A DNA stretch of 64,000 nt, from the NCBI GenBank assembly GCA_965238005.1, contig OZ250165.1, forward strand, positions 2,560,001 through 2,624,000, read 5' to 3'. A model generated the notes under the pieces. It saw nothing but the letters and a program-made list of their open reading frames with translations, made no database searches and was not told the DNA's origin. Positions 42,068 to 50,898 of the stretch are shown one piece after another; position 1 is the first letter of the stretch, and every line of letters begins with the position of its first letter. Both the position numbers and the translations under genes were made by a program. This DNA is from Longimicrobiales bacterium (lineage in GTDB: Bacteria > Gemmatimonadota > Gemmatimonadetes > Longimicrobiales > Gaopeijiaceae).

Positions 42068-43084
42068 TCAGATTTCTGAGGCCTCGGCCAAAAAGCGCTC
42101 CGCCATGGCCACGATGTCACTGGATCCCAGGTACAACGGGGTTCTCTGGTGCAGCGTCTCGGGAGTGAGGTCCAGGATGCGATTCCGGCCGTCCGAAGCC
42201 CTTCCGCCGGCCTGCTCACAGATCATCCCCATGGGCGCCGCTTCGTACAGGAGCCGCAGCTTCCCCTGCGGGCTCTTGGTGTCGGCCGGGTACATGAAGA
42301 TTCCACCCTTGAGGAGCGTGCGGTGAAAGTCGGCAACCAACGAACCGATGTACCGGGAGCTGAAGGAGGCCGAGCTTTCCCCGTCTAGGCCCTTCAGGTG
42401 CTGCATGAGGCGTTGCTGCCCCTTGGACCAGCGTGGATAGTACGCCTCGTTGATGGAGTACGTCGGGCTGGGCGGGACCGGGATCATGATGTTCCGGTGG
42501 CTCAGGAGGAACTCGCCGATGGACGGGTCCAGGGTGAAGCCGTGAACTCCGTTGCCGCTGGTGTAGACGAGCATGGTGGACGAGCCGTATAGGACGTATC
42601 CCGCGGCGAGCTGCTGGCAACCGGCCTGAAGACAGTCCTGGAGAGTCCCGTCCTCGCCTCCTGAGATCTTCCTGTGGATCGAGAAGATGGTGCCGATGGA
42701 GACGTTGACGTCGATGTTCGACGAGCCGTCCAGCGGATCGAAGATCAGGACATAGTCGCCCTTGGGAAACTCGGCGGGGATGGGGAGGATGTCCTCGGAC
42801 TCTTCGGAGACCATGCAGCAGAGCGTCCCCGCATGGCCCATGGCCGTGTAGATCACGTCCTGGGCGTAGAGATCGAGCTTCTGGACGCGCTCCCCCTGGA
42901 CGTTGGTCGTGCCCGTGCCACCGAGAATGTCCACGATGCCGGCCTTGTTCACCTCTCTCGAGATGATCTTCGCCGCCAGCGTGAGCGAGTGGAGGATGTT
43001 GCTGAAGGCTCCGGTAGCCTTTGGATGGCTCCGTTCCTCTTCGACGATGTGTCGCTCGAGTGTGACGACGCTGTTTCCCGGCAT
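42068..43084 (-). CDS. fbp: Class 1 fructose-1,6-bisphosphatase
   Basis: QKLD, SEE, DPLDGSSN, RYIGSLVADFHR and GKLRLLYE. Confidence 0.97.
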   Translation of the reverse strand: MPGNSVVTLERHIVEEERSHPKATGAFSNILHSLTLAAKIISREVNKAGIVDILGGTGTTNVQGERVQKLDLYAQDVIYTAMGHAGTLCCMVSEESEDILPIPAEFPKGDYVLIFDPLDGSSNIDVNVSIGTIFSIHRKISGGEDGTLQDCLQAGCQQLAAGYVLYGSSTMLVYTSGNGVHGFTLDPSIGEFLLSHRNIMIPVPPSPTYSINEAYYPRWSKGQQRLMQHLKGLDGESSASFSSRYIGSLVADFHRTLLKGGIFMYPADTKSPQGKLRLLYEAAPMGMICEQAGGRASDGRNRILDLTPETLHQRTPLYLGSSDIVAMAERFLAEASEI

Positions 43085-43126
43085 GGCCTCACGGATCGAA
43101 GTCGGATCTGGACACGGCGTGAGGCC

Positions 43127-43154
43127 AAGATAACCGGGGCCTCGGTCTGGTCAA
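43127..43154 (-). promoter_or_regulatory. Candidate sigma70 promoter of fbp
   Basis: Minus strand TTGACC-16 bp-TATCTT, 42 nt upstream of the ATG. Confidence 0.55.
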
Positions 43155-43164
43155 CGACCGATGA

Positions 43165-44621
43165 GATGGTGTCCCGCTGACAGTTGAAGGTGGTGGCTCC
43201 GGAGAGTCTCCTTGTTAGCCTGCCTTTCTCATTTCGGCAACCGGTTCATGGTCGTCGAGGTGGGCCCTGAGCATCCAGAGCTGCTCGTAGCCGATGATCC
43301 TCCGGTAGCTCTTCTCGGTCTCCACGAACGAGGCCGCAGCCCAGCGCAAGGCCATCGCTCCGTTCTTCCAGTTGGTCACCCTGCGGGTCTTCTGTCTTAC
43401 GCCCGAGTGGGTGCTGTCGATCAGGTTGGTCGAGCCCAGGCACTTCCTCAGCCGCGGCGGGAGGCCGAGCCGGTTGATCGTGAACATCTCGCTGAGGCCT
43501 TCGCGTAGGCTGGCCGAGGCCGAGGGGTGGTCGCGCTCGAGCCATCGGGCGAGCTGCTCGAGCTTCTGCTCGCCCTGCTTCGCGTCCAGCTTCATCGCCG
43601 CCCGGAACGCCGCCTTCACCTGAGGATGCTGATCCTTCGGCAGATGACCCAGCACGTTGCGGAGCTTGTGGTTGCGGCAGCGCTGGATGGGGTGACGTTG
43701 GCCGAACACCTTCTCGATCGCCTTCCTGAGCGCTTTCGAGCCATCGATCACGAACAGCCGCCGCCTGCCCGGGTCCAGGCCGCGCTCGACCAGATCCTCT
43801 AGGAGCGCGCTGGTCACCTCGGCGTTCTCACTCGCTCCTTCCCTCACGCCCAGCACGTGCTTCTTTCCGTCTGAGTCCACGCCTACCGCAGCAAGCACGT
43901 GGTGCGAGCCCATCTGGATCCCGTCCAGGTAGATCACCAGGAGGTCCCACGCATCCAGCCGGCGCTCCATCAGCTCCTTCAGCACGCGCTCCGAGGCCTC
44001 GACCGTCTCACGGCTCACCGCCGACTTGCTCACCCCGACCGTGTCGGCCATCTCACCGATCACACGGCCGTACTTCCGCGTGCTCACCCCCGCCATCAGG
44101 ACCTCGAGCATCCGATCCGCCACGGCGCCCGGTCTCCGCATCGCTGCGTACGCCGGCACCTCGACCTCGCCACCCTCCCCGGCGCCCCGGCGCCTGAGCC
44201 GTGGCCGCTCCACACGCACCTTCCGGTCCGACAGGTAAACCACACCACCCTGCCGGCCATACCACACCGTGTCGTCTTCCGCTCGTGACCGACCTGCCTG
44301 CTTCACGCCTGCCACACCCTCGGCGCTCATCTCCAGCACCGCTTCGATCGTCGCTCGTCCCATCACCTGGATGACTTCGTCGATCGCGACCTCCGTCTGC
44401 TCCACGAGCTCAAGCATCGGAAGCAGAAACTGCCCCTCCCGCTTCAGGAACTCCCTGATCGCGCGCTTGTCCGCCCGATCCCTTACCTCGTACGTTCTCT
44501 TCATCGTGGTGGCTCCGTGTTGGGGTTTTTGCCTACCCGAGCCTATCGGCCCGGGACCCCCGGAGCCACCACTTTTCTTTCTCCCCTATCAGGAACCTTC
44601 AACTACGGTTGGGACAGCTTC
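43165..44621 (-). mobile_element. IS256-family insertion sequence, 1457 bp
   Basis: Imperfect IRs GATGGTGTCCCGCTGACAGTTGAAGGT / GAAGCTGTCCCAACCGTAGTTGAAGGT (19/27); 8 bp target duplication ACCGATGA at 43157-43164 and 44622-44629. Confidence 0.93.
43215..44504 (-). CDS. IS256/Mutator-family transposase
   Basis: GVSTR, SKSAVSR, YLDG, LVERGL, IDG.KAL, QRC..HK.RN and STNLID. Confidence 0.93.
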   Translation of the reverse strand: MKRTYEVRDRADKRAIREFLKREGQFLLPMLELVEQTEVAIDEVIQVMGRATIEAVLEMSAEGVAGVKQAGRSRAEDDTVWYGRQGGVVYLSDRKVRVERPRLRRRGAGEGGEVEVPAYAAMRRPGAVADRMLEVLMAGVSTRKYGRVIGEMADTVGVSKSAVSRETVEASERVLKELMERRLDAWDLLVIYLDGIQMGSHHVLAAVGVDSDGKKHVLGVREGASENAEVTSALLEDLVERGLDPGRRRLFVIDGSKALRKAIEKVFGQRHPIQRCRNHKLRNVLGHLPKDQHPQVKAAFRAAMKLDAKQGEQKLEQLARWLERDHPSASASLREGLSEMFTINRLGLPPRLRKCLGSTNLIDSTHSGVRQKTRRVTNWKNGAMALRWAAASFVETEKSYRRIIGYEQLWMLRAHLDDHEPVAEMRKAG

Positions 44622-44757
44622 ACCGATGAGGGCTTGGGGCTGAGCCGGACTTTTTCCAGAAGGCCCGCCCACTCTATTCCGTCACGGCGGGCGGCGGCTG
44701 GGTCGGGTGGTGCCTTGGACGGGGTGGCCTCCTGGGCAGGTATCGCCGCCCGAGCCC

Positions 44758-46374
44758 TCACGCATTTCGGAACATCTGGATCGCCAGGCCCAGGTCGAAG
44801 GACTCACCTTGCCACAGGCTAGTCGGTGTCCCGGGATCGATACCGAGCTCCATTCTCTCGTGCTCCCTTTCGAGAGCCCTGACCGGTTCCTCTGTCAGCC
44901 GCGGCGCCTGGGGAGCGTCGGGGAATGCCCGCCCGTCAGGCCAACGAAAGTGGACCCGGCCGTCGTCCGTGAAGGCCACCCCGAATCCCTCCTCATGCAC
45001 CGCCCGGTGATGTAGACGGCACAGAAGAACGAGGTTGTCTAACCTGGTTTCTCCACCATCGGCCCAGTGTTCGATGTGATGGGCGTCGCAGAACCTGAGT
45101 CCACAGCCTGGGAAACGGCATCCCCTGTCCCTGTGGTCGAGCGCCCTCCGAATGGCGGGTGGCACCGTTCGCGTCTTCCTTCCGACATCGAGCACCGATC
45201 CATCGGTGCCGTGAGTCATGACGACACGGCTCGCGTCGCATGCCAGACGCCTCGACGTCTCCGCGGAAACGCGAACGCCGTCCTCCAGCTCGGATTCATA
45301 CGCCACGGAGCCGTCCACGGAGCCGTCCACGAGGGTCTCGGAATCGGCGAGCGCCTCGGCATCCACGTGAAGAACCACCTGAAAACGGTCTGCCCGGCTC
45401 ACCGTGGCTGCAGCCCGTCCGTCGCTGCGCTTGCCGTCGCCGCACTCGCCGGCGGCACGCCCCCCGCCCGCCTCCACCAATCCGCCCTGCAGCGCACACT
45501 CGGCGAGAAGGCCGATCGCGTCCGCCCGCCGCTGCCCCGGCGTGGTCTCCTCAGATCGGACCTCAGATCGAACCTCCGCTGCCACGGACCCTTCCACCGT
45601 GTCCGCGGCCACCCCATCCCCGGTGATCTGGGGATCGCCCACGGGGTCATCCTCCGCAGCCCTCCGGTAGACTTCATCCTCCGCAGCCCTGCGGTAGAGT
45701 TCATCCCCCGCAGCTTCGAGGGCCTTCGTCAACAGCGCACCGACCTCGGGATCCAGCCGTCCCCGGACAACGTACATGCCGTCCACATCGGGACGGACAG
45801 TGAGGAAGCGCGACCGATGCCGCTCCCGCTCCTGGCATTGCTCCTCCAAGCGGTCCACACGGCGCCACGTCCTCACGAGTGTTTCCACATGCGATGCCGT
45901 TGCGTGCTGGGCGAAGCCCATCAACTCCTCTTCGTTATCCGCCGTGGCGACGCGCGTGAGAGCTCGGGCCTTCGAGTAGGAGAGCTCTCCAAGCCGCATC
46001 TCTTCGCTCAGCAGGGGTAGATGCTCCAAGGCCCGGGCCACCCTCACCTTCTCGCGGGCAGCTCCCATGTCGATCCCGGTACGCCAGCTGAGCCAGTGGG
46101 CGCACGTCCGGAATCCCGAGCGCCACCCCTCTTTCGCGTCGAACTCACGGATTAGCGCCAGGAGGCGGTAGGTGGCCGCATCCAGGTGTGCGGCCAGCTC
46201 GGCGATCTCGTCGCCCAGGCGCTCGAGGTTCTGGGTTGACGCGCCGGCTACGACGGCGAGCGTGGGGCCGGAGTCGCAGGAAGGCACGACGGCGAGCGTG
46301 GGGCCGGAATCGCTGGGAGTGACGGCAGCGACAGCGGGGCGGACCATGGGAAGCTCCTTGGAACGGGTTAGCAT
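44758..46374 (-). CDS. DUF222 (13E12-like) + C-terminal HNH endonuclease
   Basis: HWLSWRTG, VRVARAL, GELSYSK.RA, RRADA, RRLACDA and RDRGCRFPGC..CDAHHIEHWADGG.T.LDNL.LLC..HH..VH. Confidence 0.92.
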   Translation of the reverse strand: MLTRSKELPMVRPAVAAVTPSDSGPTLAVVPSCDSGPTLAVVAGASTQNLERLGDEIAELAAHLDAATYRLLALIREFDAKEGWRSGFRTCAHWLSWRTGIDMGAAREKVRVARALEHLPLLSEEMRLGELSYSKARALTRVATADNEEELMGFAQHATASHVETLVRTWRRVDRLEEQCQERERHRSRFLTVRPDVDGMYVVRGRLDPEVGALLTKALEAAGDELYRRAAEDEVYRRAAEDDPVGDPQITGDGVAADTVEGSVAAEVRSEVRSEETTPGQRRADAIGLLAECALQGGLVEAGGGRAAGECGDGKRSDGRAAATVSRADRFQVVLHVDAEALADSETLVDGSVDGSVAYESELEDGVRVSAETSRRLACDASRVVMTHGTDGSVLDVGRKTRTVPPAIRRALDHRDRGCRFPGCGLRFCDAHHIEHWADGGETRLDNLVLLCRLHHRAVHEEGFGVAFTDDGRVHFRWPDGRAFPDAPQAPRLTEEPVRALEREHERMELGIDPGTPTSLWQGESFDLGLAIQMFRNA

Positions 46375-46763
46375 GCGGCGGTGGTTTGGGATGCCAGGAG
46401 TGTTCGGCGTGCTTGCTTGAAAGATAAGAGGGGGTTTCTCGAGGCCCTGGCTGGCTTGTGGGCGGGCCGCGGAGGGGGTGGGGGACGCCGGAAGTGTCCC
46501 GGGGTCGAGGTCGCCGGGCAGACCGAATGCCAGGCGTCGTCAGGTGCGTTCTACAGGGAGTCCCGGATCTCGACGATCATGAGGCTCAGAATCCGTCCAT
46601 GGCTGGATGAGACTACCTTGGATGGGACTACCTCTGGATTGTTGATCATCACGGGATGGCTCAGAAGGACGCGCGTCGAACCGATGGCTCCCGGCATGGA
46701 AGCCAGTAGGGCAGCACCCTGGCGGCCCCATTCCGTGGGGCCGAGCTCACGACTCGCTCCGCC

Positions 46764-49094
46764 TTACCACTGTGTATCAACCTCGTAGAGCCCTCCCCTC
46801 CGGGCTCGGACCCGAATGTGCCCTCTCTCGTCCGTCCGCAACACCCGGACGCCCGCGTCCACGAGGCGCTCCACTACCGTGGCGTGTGGATGCCCGTACC
46901 GGTTCCGAGCACCTACCGAGATCACCGCCAGCTCCGGCGATGCTCGGGACAGCAGCTGGGGAACCGTGGAAGTGATGGACCCGTGATGACCCACCTTGAG
47001 CACCTCCAGGGCGCCCGGAAGATCCGGCAGTAGCGCCTCCTCAACCTCCGTGGGCGCGTCCCCGGTGAGAAGCGCCTCGAAGGCCCCGTAGCGCACTAGG
47101 ACCACCACGGACTGGGCGTTGGAGTCGCTCTTGCCACTAGGGGCAGTGGTGGGACCGTCGGGGTAGAGAACCTCGAGCCGGGCGCCGTCCAGCTCCAGAA
47201 CGAAGCCCCGGCGAGCCTCGATCCACGGAATCCGGTTGGCCGTGGCCACCTCGAGGACGTCGACGTAGGCGTCCTTCCCTGCCGGCTGGGCCGGATCCAT
47301 GATGAAGCGCGGATCGAACGCTTCTGCGATGACCTCAGCGCCACCGATGTGATCCAGGTCCGGATGGGTGAGGACGAGCGCTTCCAGGCGATCCACTCCG
47401 CGACCACGGAGGTAGGGAAGCACGACCCGGGCGCCCGCATCCCAGGAACGCCCCCTCGGGCCGGTATCCACGAGCACCCAACGACCCGCGGGGGAGCGGA
47501 TGGCCACTGCGTCGCCTTGCCCTACGTTCAGGAAGACGATCTCGAGCGTTCCATGGCCCAGGCTCTTCTCCACCAGAGGCGCGGCACCCGCCCCCACCGC
47601 CATGACCAGGATCACCACGACGCGCCTTACCCAGGGTCTCAGTCGCCCCGAAGTCGCTCGCACCCACGCCGCACCGAGGACTCCTCCAGCTACGCAACCG
47701 ACGAGAGTCGCATCTCCCACCCACACGGAGGCGCCGGGGAGAGATCCCATGGTTCCGGCGAGACCTTCGAGCCCCCGGAGCAGGACGTCCGTGCCGCCTG
47801 CCAGGAAGGCAGCCAGCGGCGGAAACGCACGATGGACGCTGAGGGTGGCCAGGAGACCCGGGATGGCCGCAGCGACCAGGGGGGTGGCCAGCAGGGTCGT
47901 GACGATGCCAACGACCGACACCCTCCCGAAGTGCCAGGCGACGAAGGGCAGCGTGAAGAGCGTCGCCGCCACCCCGGCCGCCACGCCATTCCGGAGAGAC
48001 CTCGGCGCCCGGCGAAGCCACCCCACCCCCAGAGCCCTGCGCAGTGGAGGCGCGGCCGTCACGAGCCCGAGCGCGCCGGCGAACGAAAGCTGGAAGCCCG
48101 GCCGGCCAAGGGCGAAGGGATCCTGAAGTACGAGGATCAGGAGAGCGCTGGCGATCGCCCCGAGGGCACCGGCGGGTCGGGCCCGCAGCCGGGACACCGA
48201 GATGAGCGTGAGGATCAGGGCGGCCCGCGAGCCCGCGTCGGGAAATCCGATGAAGGCCACGTACAGCCACGTCACCAGCGTCGCCACAGCCGGCGCTGGC
48301 CTGGGCGGGACGCCCACGCCCCGAACCAGCAGGCTCACCACTACTGCCACCACACCCACATGGAAGCCGGAGATCGCCAACAGGTGCGAAATCCCGGCCA
48401 CAGCGAACGACTCACGGACCTCGGGGTCCAGTCCCTCTTTTCGGGCGAGGATGAGGGCCGAAGCTACCGGCCAGGTGTCGGGAAAGAGCTGTCGGATCCA
48501 GGTCTCGACCCGGCCGCGGAGGCGGGCACGGGCACGAGCTGCACGAAAGCCGAGGGGCTCCACGCTGGCCCGCACGTCATCGAGAACGAGCATCCCGGCG
48601 AATTGAGGCCTGTGGGCCTCCTGACGCGGAGAACGCTGCCAGCGGGCCGTGGCCGTGACGGGCTGCCCCGCCCCCGGCGCCCCCGGCTGCGTCGAGTTCG
48701 GTGGCCGCCACAGGACGCGCACCTCTCCGTGGCACCCGAGCCCGTCCACGAGGTGAAAGGGACGAGATCCCGGCCCGGGCACCGTCTCGAACCACCCCGA
48801 CACCACACCCCGGGCGCCTTCGGGCAGGTGGAGTCGACAGTCACCCTCGGCCGTTTGGCGCCGGGCGTGGGTCAGGGCGGCTCCGGCCAGGACCGCTACG
48901 GCCACTGCCAAGTGGATCCGGCCCGCCCGCCGTGAAGACCCCGCGCACGCCGGGCGAAGGAATGGCAGAACGAGTAAGGCGAGGGGAGTGAGGGAAGGGA
49001 CGTGGGAGAGGGGGGAGGCGAAGACCGTGACGGCGGCGCATCCGGCGATGAAGGCCAGGGCGAGCAGTGCCACGGGGGGCGGCCGGGGTCTCAT
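46764..49094 (-). CDS. comEC: Competence protein ComEC/Rec2
   Basis: HLLAISGFHV, GFQLSF, and MBL domain (VGQGDA, THPDLDHIGG, LTGD, KVGHHGS, N.YGHP). Confidence 0.95.
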   Translation of the reverse strand: MRPRPPPVALLALAFIAGCAAVTVFASPLSHVPSLTPLALLVLPFLRPACAGSSRRAGRIHLAVAVAVLAGAALTHARRQTAEGDCRLHLPEGARGVVSGWFETVPGPGSRPFHLVDGLGCHGEVRVLWRPPNSTQPGAPGAGQPVTATARWQRSPRQEAHRPQFAGMLVLDDVRASVEPLGFRAARARARLRGRVETWIRQLFPDTWPVASALILARKEGLDPEVRESFAVAGISHLLAISGFHVGVVAVVVSLLVRGVGVPPRPAPAVATLVTWLYVAFIGFPDAGSRAALILTLISVSRLRARPAGALGAIASALLILVLQDPFALGRPGFQLSFAGALGLVTAAPPLRRALGVGWLRRAPRSLRNGVAAGVAATLFTLPFVAWHFGRVSVVGIVTTLLATPLVAAAIPGLLATLSVHRAFPPLAAFLAGGTDVLLRGLEGLAGTMGSLPGASVWVGDATLVGCVAGGVLGAAWVRATSGRLRPWVRRVVVILVMAVGAGAAPLVEKSLGHGTLEIVFLNVGQGDAVAIRSPAGRWVLVDTGPRGRSWDAGARVVLPYLRGRGVDRLEALVLTHPDLDHIGGAEVIAEAFDPRFIMDPAQPAGKDAYVDVLEVATANRIPWIEARRGFVLELDGARLEVLYPDGPTTAPSGKSDSNAQSVVVLVRYGAFEALLTGDAPTEVEEALLPDLPGALEVLKVGHHGSITSTVPQLLSRASPELAVISVGARNRYGHPHATVVERLVDAGVRVLRTDERGHIRVRARRGGLYEVDTQW

Positions 49095-49133
49095 GGAGGG
49101 CCGCGGAGCCGCCGGAAAGCATCCGGATTCAGG

Positions 49134-49463
49134 CTAGAACACCTCCTCCTCCTCTTCCCCCACAGGGGGCTTGGCAAAGAGCTCCTGCTGGGTGCGATCG
49201 ATGAGGGCACGTTCCTCCCGGTCTTCCGTCTTCAGTCGCTCGCGCAGGATCGCCCGCACCTTCAGGTCGCTCTGCACGCCGGCGATCAGCATGACCACCA
49301 TTCCGGTGAACAGGCCACCGATTGCCACCATGGTCACGGGCACCCGGTTCAGAACGACGATCCCCAGATCCACCGTGACGCGCTGACCACCGATCAACGC
49401 GGTGAAGACCATGGCAACGACCAGCACCGCCAAAACACCCAGGGGCCCGGCGATGCGACTCAT
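49134..49463 (-). CDS. Small two-TM membrane protein (LapA/DUF1049-like)
   Basis: Two hydrophobic segments separated by QRVTVDLG, followed by a charged tail. Start at MSRIAG. Confidence 0.6.
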   Translation of the reverse strand: MSRIAGPLGVLAVLVVAMVFTALIGGQRVTVDLGIVVLNRVPVTMVAIGGLFTGMVVMLIAGVQSDLKVRAILRERLKTEDREERALIDRTQQELFAKPPVGEEEEEVF

Positions 49464-49515
49464 GGGCGACGTGGTCCGCCGGGATGCCTCACGGGCGTGA
49501 GAGCCACCTCCCAGC

Positions 49516-50898
49516 TCATGAGCGAGCGACGAGGACAGAAACGTCCCGCAGGCTGCCGACGAACGTCGCACCGGTGGTAGCGGTCAGGGAGACCGTCTGA
49601 TAGGTGCCTATGAGCTCGGTCGAGCCCTGGAAGGCCACCACCTTGTTCCGCCCGGTGCGGCCGAGGATCTGCCCCGGCTTCCGCGCGGTCTTCTCCACCA
49701 GGACTTCTTCGACCCGCCCCACTTCACCCCGGTTGATCTCACCCTGGATCTCGCGATGGACCTCGATGAGTCGCTCGAGGCGTCCCTGAGCCTCGTCATC
49801 GGCAATGAAGTCTTCGGCCGGGAGTCGCGTGGCGGGAGTCCCCTCACGCGGCGAATAGCGATACATGTAGGCGTCGTCAAACCGCACTTCGCGTAAGACG
49901 TCCAAAGTGTCCTCGAACTCCTCACGCGACTCACCAGGGAAGGCCACGATGACGTCCGTAGAGAGGGCGATGTCGGGCATGGCCCGTCGGGCTAGCTCCA
50001 CCTTCTCCAGGAATCTCTCCACCGTGTAGCGACGCAGCATTCGCTTAAGCACGCGGTCGTTCCCCGACTGGAGGGGTAGATGCAGCTGCTCGCAGATGGC
50101 GGGCTCCTCGGCCATCACCCCCAGGAGCTCCGGAGTCACGTCGTTGGGGTGGGGCGATGTAAAGCGCACCCGCCGAAGACCGGGGATCCGAGCCACGGAC
50201 CGGAGCAGGTCGGTGAACGACGTTCCCCCCGATCGATACGAGTTCACGGTCTGTCCCAGAAGCGTCACCTCGGTCAGGCCCGAGGCAGCGATCTCTTCGA
50301 TCTCCTTGAGGACCGCTTCGGGTCGACGGTTCTTTTCCGGGCCCCGAACGTAGGGCACGATGCAGAACGTGCACCGGTGATCGCAGCCTCTCTGGATCGG
50401 TACCCAGGCAGAGATCCGGGACTTCCGGCGTTGCGACAGGCCCTCGTAGCTCTCGTCCAGGTTCAGGTCCAGGACGGCAAGCTGGGGCCCCCGTTTCTTG
50501 CTCGATCGGGAAGGCCTGGCCCGGCGCCCCTCTTCCAGGGCCTCGAGTCGCTCGGGGAGGGATCGATACCCGTCGGGGCCCATGACGAGATCGACGAAGG
50601 GGGCCTGCTTCAGGAGGACGTCACCCATCCGCTGGGCCATGCACCCCGTGACGCCGATGATGACCTCGGGCCGCTCCCGCTTCAGCCCGTAGAGCTGCCC
50701 CACCCTACCCAACACCCGCTTCTCCGCGTGCTCGCGGATCGCACAGGTGTTGACCAGAATGACGTCGGCCTCCTCGGGTGAGGAAGCGATCTCATACCCG
50801 TGATCGGCCAGAATCCCCTCCATCAGCTCGCCGTCGCTGATGTTCATCTGGCAGCCGTACGTCTCGACGTAGGCCCGCTTCCTGGGTCTCGAGATCAT
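49516..50898 (-). CDS. miaB: tRNA-i6A37 methylthiotransferase MiaB
   Basis: TYGCQMN, NTCAIRE.AE, GCMAQ, GCDHRCTFCIVPY.RG, RFTSPHP and a TRAM domain. Confidence 0.96.
   Translation of the reverse strand: MISRPRKRAYVETYGCQMNISDGELMEGILADHGYEIASSPEEADVILVNTCAIREHAEKRVLGRVGQLYGLKRERPEVIIGVTGCMAQRMGDVLLKQAPFVDLVMGPDGYRSLPERLEALEEGRRARPSRSSKKRGPQLAVLDLNLDESYEGLSQRRKSRISAWVPIQRGCDHRCTFCIVPYVRGPEKNRRPEAVLKEIEEIAASGLTEVTLLGQTVNSYRSGGTSFTDLLRSVARIPGLRRVRFTSPHPNDVTPELLGVMAEEPAICEQLHLPLQSGNDRVLKRMLRRYTVERFLEKVELARRAMPDIALSTDVIVAFPGESREEFEDTLDVLREVRFDDAYMYRYSPREGTPATRLPAEDFIADDEAQGRLERLIEVHREIQGEINRGEVGRVEEVLVEKTARKPGQILGRTGRNKVVAFQGSTELIGTYQTVSLTATTGATFVGSLRDVSVLVARS

Noticed and set aside
45303..46320. 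CRISPR array
   Set aside because: The repeats are adjacent tandem units inside a CDS with no unique spacers, and no cas genes are present.
46384..46416. SOS box upstream of the HNH gene
   Set aside because: Only one GTTCGG half-site; positions 11 bp away do not match.
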